A stretch of 63,801 bases of DNA, filler included, from Olpidium bornovanus S191 (lineage: Eukaryota; Fungi; Olpidiomycota), in the NCBI GenBank assembly GCA_017911155.1. It is 25 parts of 25 records of this genome, joined end to end, with 100 filler letters (N's around TTAATTAATTAA, not from the genome) between each part and the next. Parts side by side here need not be neighbours in the genome. Positions count along the whole stretch, not along the records: positions 56,949 to 60,784 come from JAEFCI010003905.1; positions 60,885 to 62,510 come from JAEFCI010009830.1; positions 62,611 to 63,801 come from JAEFCI010012347.1; 22 more parts are not named here. One strand, 5' to 3'. The notes beneath the pieces are model-generated. The model saw only the letters and a list, made by a program, of their open reading frames with translations, ran no database searches and was not told the origin of the DNA. The position numbers were made by a program, and so were the translations under genes. Below are positions 60,400 through 63,801 of this stretch, in pieces (position 1 is the stretch's first letter; every line of letters begins with the position of its first letter).

Positions 60400-60784
60400 C
60401 GCGTGCAGCCAACCCCGCGCTTTCCTCGCATCTGCCGCAACCCAGCATCTCACTTGCTTCCCATCAGCGCTGGATAGCCAGGCCAAATCCGACCCATCCG
60501 CTTGACGTTGCATGCCCATCCGTACCGCCGTCAGCCAAGTTTGCCCCAGAATCAGCAGGTAGCCCAGGTCATCTTGCATAAACAGGTTGACCGCCGTCGA
60601 CAGGTCCCCCACACCCAGCCTGATGGTTTGGACACGCGCCGCGGAGGTATTACTTGCCGTGCTCCATGCACATTTGCCAGTTTTAGAGCGGGCCACAAAA
60701 AACCATTTTGCCTTTGCCGCCAACTGCGCGTCTGCAACCGTGATCTCGCTCCCGGAGTACTGCGCGTCTGCAACCGTGATCTCG
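60400..60784 (-). mobile_element. Gypsy aspartic-protease C-terminal remnant
   Basis: IRLGVGDLSTAVNLFMQDDLGYLLILGQTWL...ADGSDLAWLSSADGK (LLGxPW-type motif). Confidence 0.6.
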
Positions 60785-60946
60785 NNNNNNNNNNNNNNNN
60801 NNNNNNNNNNNNNNNNNNNNNNNNNNNNTTAATTAATTAANNNNNNNNNNNNNNNNNNNNNNNNNNNNNNNNNNNNNNNNNNNNAAAACCTGGGGCAGGG
60901 CGAGGAGGGCGGGCAAAAAACGCGAGACGTTGTAGGGGGGGGGGAA

Positions 60947-61005
<59 letters not shown>

Positions 61006-61176
61006 AACCCCCGGGAGGGGAACCCTTTCTCTATTCTCTCTCTTCTTCCCCTTGGGAGGGGGGGGGGAACGGGCACAGCCGAAAACCGAAAAGAAAAAAA
61101 AAACCACCCCCCGAAAACCCGAAAACCCCGGCGGAGGAGACTCTCGAGAGAAGGGCAGGGGCAAGAGGGAACGCCA

Positions 61177-61787
61177 ATGGCAGGGCCGTCGAGGAGGAAG
61201 AGGACGCACAAGGGCGTCGGGAGGGACAAGCTCGTGAGGAACGCGTTCAGGGGCGCGAAGGCCGTGGACCAGGTGCACGCGGAGCTGGCGGACCCCGCCA
61301 AGTTGCAGCGGCTAAGGAACCGGGAAGTCGACCTCGACCTGCCGGGCTTGGGCCAGCACTATTGTCTCGAGTGCGCGTACGTTTTTTTTTCATATTATTT
61401 TTCGGACGACTAATTTCCCGTGCCACCGCCACCGCCCCCTCTTCCTTCCTCTCCGCTTCCCTCGCCGGCTGAGGTGGGGGAGGTGGGCGGCGGTGGGAGA
61501 AGGGTGGGGGGGGGGTGGAACCAGACGAGAGCGAGGGCCAAACTGGAAATTTCCCGCTTAACGTTTCGTTGGCTCTTTTCCGGGGCGACTGCGCAAACGC
61601 CGCCGGTGGCGCTTATGCCGGTTGTTCTTTTTGTTTTTTCGGTTCACCCCCCGGGCGGCCGCTTTTTCGCGGCAGACGGCATTTTGCGAACGACGAGCAT
61701 TTGAAAGAACACCGCCGCGGAAAGCTGCATAAGAAGAGGTGCGTGTGCTTGTTGGGCGGGGGGCGGGGGGGGGGGGGGGGGGGGGGT

Positions 61788-61823
<36 letters not shown>

Positions 61824-62115
61824 GGCGGAGGGAGGGCCTTCGCCAAGCGTCCCGTCACCTGAACGCCGTCGGGCGTCGCCCGCACCGCTGCATACTCCAG
61901 CTGCTGCCCGCTTTGCGCCGCCGCTGATTTTTTTTGCTTCTTTTTTTCTTTCCAGAGTCAAGCTGCTGAAGGAGGTTCCTTATTCCCACGCGGAGGCGGA
62001 CGCCGCGGCCGGCCTGTCGACGGATAACGGCAAGGGACGGAAGGACCTCCGGGGACCGCCGCCGCCAATACCGGAGCTTTACAACGACGAGGATTCGGAC
62101 ATGCGGCAGGACTGA
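61177..62115 (+). CDS. BUD20: Zinc finger protein BUD20/ZNF593 (60S ribosome biogenesis); exons 61177-61376, 61676-61738, 61956-62115
   Basis: DLDLPGLGQHYCLECA|RHFANDEHLKEHRRGKLHKKR|VKLLKEVPYSHAEADAAAG. Phase-consistent introns. Confidence 0.95.
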
Positions 62116-62647
62116 AATAGGCGTGGGAGGGGGCTCTGTCGAAGTGTCCCTCACTGCGTGGACGTCCAGTTGATACCCATTCTTCTTGCCCTTTCCCGTT
62201 TCCCCTCACCCCCCCCCTTCACACACACGCACGCACACACACACCATCTCCCGCTCTCGCGTGTTTTTTTTTTCAAACAAGCATTTTGCACTTTTAGAAT
62301 TTGGCAAAAAAGGACGAGGAGGATCCTAGACAACCGAAAGCGCGGCCGGCCTCTTTTTTTTTTTTTCTTCTTCTTTAGCGCCCCGGTCGCATGGAAATCG
62401 CACAGATTATCACGCGACAAAAGACAGATTATTTTTTTTTCCCCGCGATCGCGAGCACGCTGCCACGCTTTCGGCTCAGGCCGCCTCGCCTGCAGAGTTT
62501 CAGCTTCATTNNNNNNNNNNNNNNNNNNNNNNNNNNNNNNNNNNNNNNNNNNNNTTAATTAATTAANNNNNNNNNNNNNNNNNNNNNNNNNNNNNNNNNN
62601 NNNNNNNNNNGCCAAAAAAAAAAAAAAAAAAAAAAAAACGAAATCAG

Positions 62648-62748
62648 TGTACATCGGCGCTCAGGACGCGCTGGTGCCGTACTACCCGCACATGGAGAAC
62701 GACCAGGTGAACAACTTCACGCGCCGCGAGCTCGAGCTTTTCATTTAG
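62648..62748 (+). CDS. Possible terminal exon of an unidentified protein
   Basis: CAG acceptor, then VYIGAQDALVPYYPHMENDQVNNFTRRELELFI* with C/G-ending codon bias like the host genes. Confidence 0.5.
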
Positions 62749-63746
62749 GCGGCGTGACCCCCTAGCTCGACTTATATCAGCATTCCGGATTTTATCTGTT
62801 GACTGGTAGCGGAGTTCTCGGGATCGGGCTGGTTCCGCATGATAAGCCATCTCGTGTGGACCGGGCCTCCCCCCGCATTTATCTGCTTTGCTGGCGAATC
62901 GATTTTGTTTTCCATGCGATCTTGATGAGATCGACTGCGGGCCGTACCGGGGAGTTGTGGTGGGCCAGACAAGGGGGGCGGGGAGGGGATGTGTTCGTGC
63001 CAGGAACACGTCAGGTACGGGAGCGCCTTTGGCACCATGGCCGAGACGGGAAGATAAACACACTTGCCACACAAATATCTGTTTTACGCCAAGTTGGCAC
63101 TCGGCGCCGCATACTTGAATTGACCCCGGTCGACGACGGCGGCCCGACAAGCATAAGTTCGTTTGCTGCGACGCAAAAAAACTGCCCGGTTTGGGTGGAA
63201 CCGAATCAGGTGGCAGGGGAGGTGGACCGCAAAAGCAGTTCGCCACTTCCCCTCTTCCCCCACCCAACCATCTCTTCCCATACGGACCGGCTTTGCGCTC
63301 GGTGTTGCGCGCCGTGTTTTTTTTATTTTTTTTGTGCAGCACGGGGCGAGGCCGGGCGGATATGATGCCGTTACGGCCACTACTATAGTGCTACTGCGGG
63401 GATGGGGCGAGAGGGGTGTTGGGCGGGCGCGCGTGCTTTGCGCCCGTTCTTGCAGTCGGTCACAATAAATAAGGGGAACTTTTGGGGGGGGGGGGGGCGG
63501 GGGGGGCCGGGGGCGGGGGGGGGGGGTGGGGGGGGGGGGGGGGGGATGGGCTGGCACGGGCCGCGTGGCGGAGAACGAGAGAGAGAGAGAGAAAGAGAGA
63601 GAGAAGACAGAGAGGGAGACAAAAACAAGGGGGTAAGGGGGCGAGAAGAAGAGGCCCCGGCGACAGAAGAAGCGGGGAGTCGCCCACGTGCCGCGCGCGC
63701 TCAGCACCCCGCATTCCGAGAGGGAAGGGGGGGGGGGGGGGGGGAG

Positions 63747-63798
<52 letters not shown>

Positions 63799-63801
63799 AA
63801 A

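Noticed and set aside
60723-60784. 26-bp direct repeat ACTGCGCGTCTGCAACCGTGATCTCG
   Set aside because: The second copy ends exactly at the contig edge; most likely an assembly or library artefact.
3344-63714. Most long Arg/Pro/Gly/Ala-rich or poly-K/poly-F ORFs in the six-frame track (e.g. 7396-8151, 19806-20753, 40467-41990, 58086-58994)
   Set aside because: These are shadow frames of GC-rich exons or translations of homopolymers and microsatellites, with no domain motifs.
63748-63801. Poly-A runs as retroposition tails
   Set aside because: Such runs occur on both strands throughout introns and contig ends, with no associated TSD or LINE/SINE body.

Overview
Eukaryotic (fungal) DNA, and not one contiguous locus. 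It is 25 short contigs (about 1-7 kb) joined by 24 identical 100-bp artificial linkers (44 N + TTAATTAATTAA + 44 N), so adjacency across linkers has no biological meaning. Host genes are GC-rich, have GT-AG introns often carrying long homopolymer tracts, and are mostly partial. They include a WD40 C-terminus, a Fkh1/2-type forkhead factor, MCMBP, NFX1/FAP1, WRAP73/WDR8, a DNMT5 cytosine methyltransferase N-terminus, a FAM184-like protein, a C1-domain protein, a CotH-family protein next to a GPI-type surface protein, BUD20/ZNF593 and several hypothetical proteins. This gene set suggests an early-diverging, probably zoosporic fungus (inference). Many decayed Ty1/copia and Ty3/gypsy fragments are present. 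The most interesting signals are: (1) an AT-rich, intronless, frameshifted A32-like virion packaging ATPase (Polinton/virophage/PLV or NCLDV type) at 50597-51369, fused to a gypsy remnant; (2) a copia-type integrase carrying a chromodomain, with no RT following (25798-27060); (3) half-tRNA primer-binding sites, one matching tRNA-Ile with the inosine-34 signature; (4) a CotH protein with apparently altered catalytic motifs; (5) DNMT5 together with CpG-type decay of transposons. All family calls come from motif recognition by eye; no searches were run.
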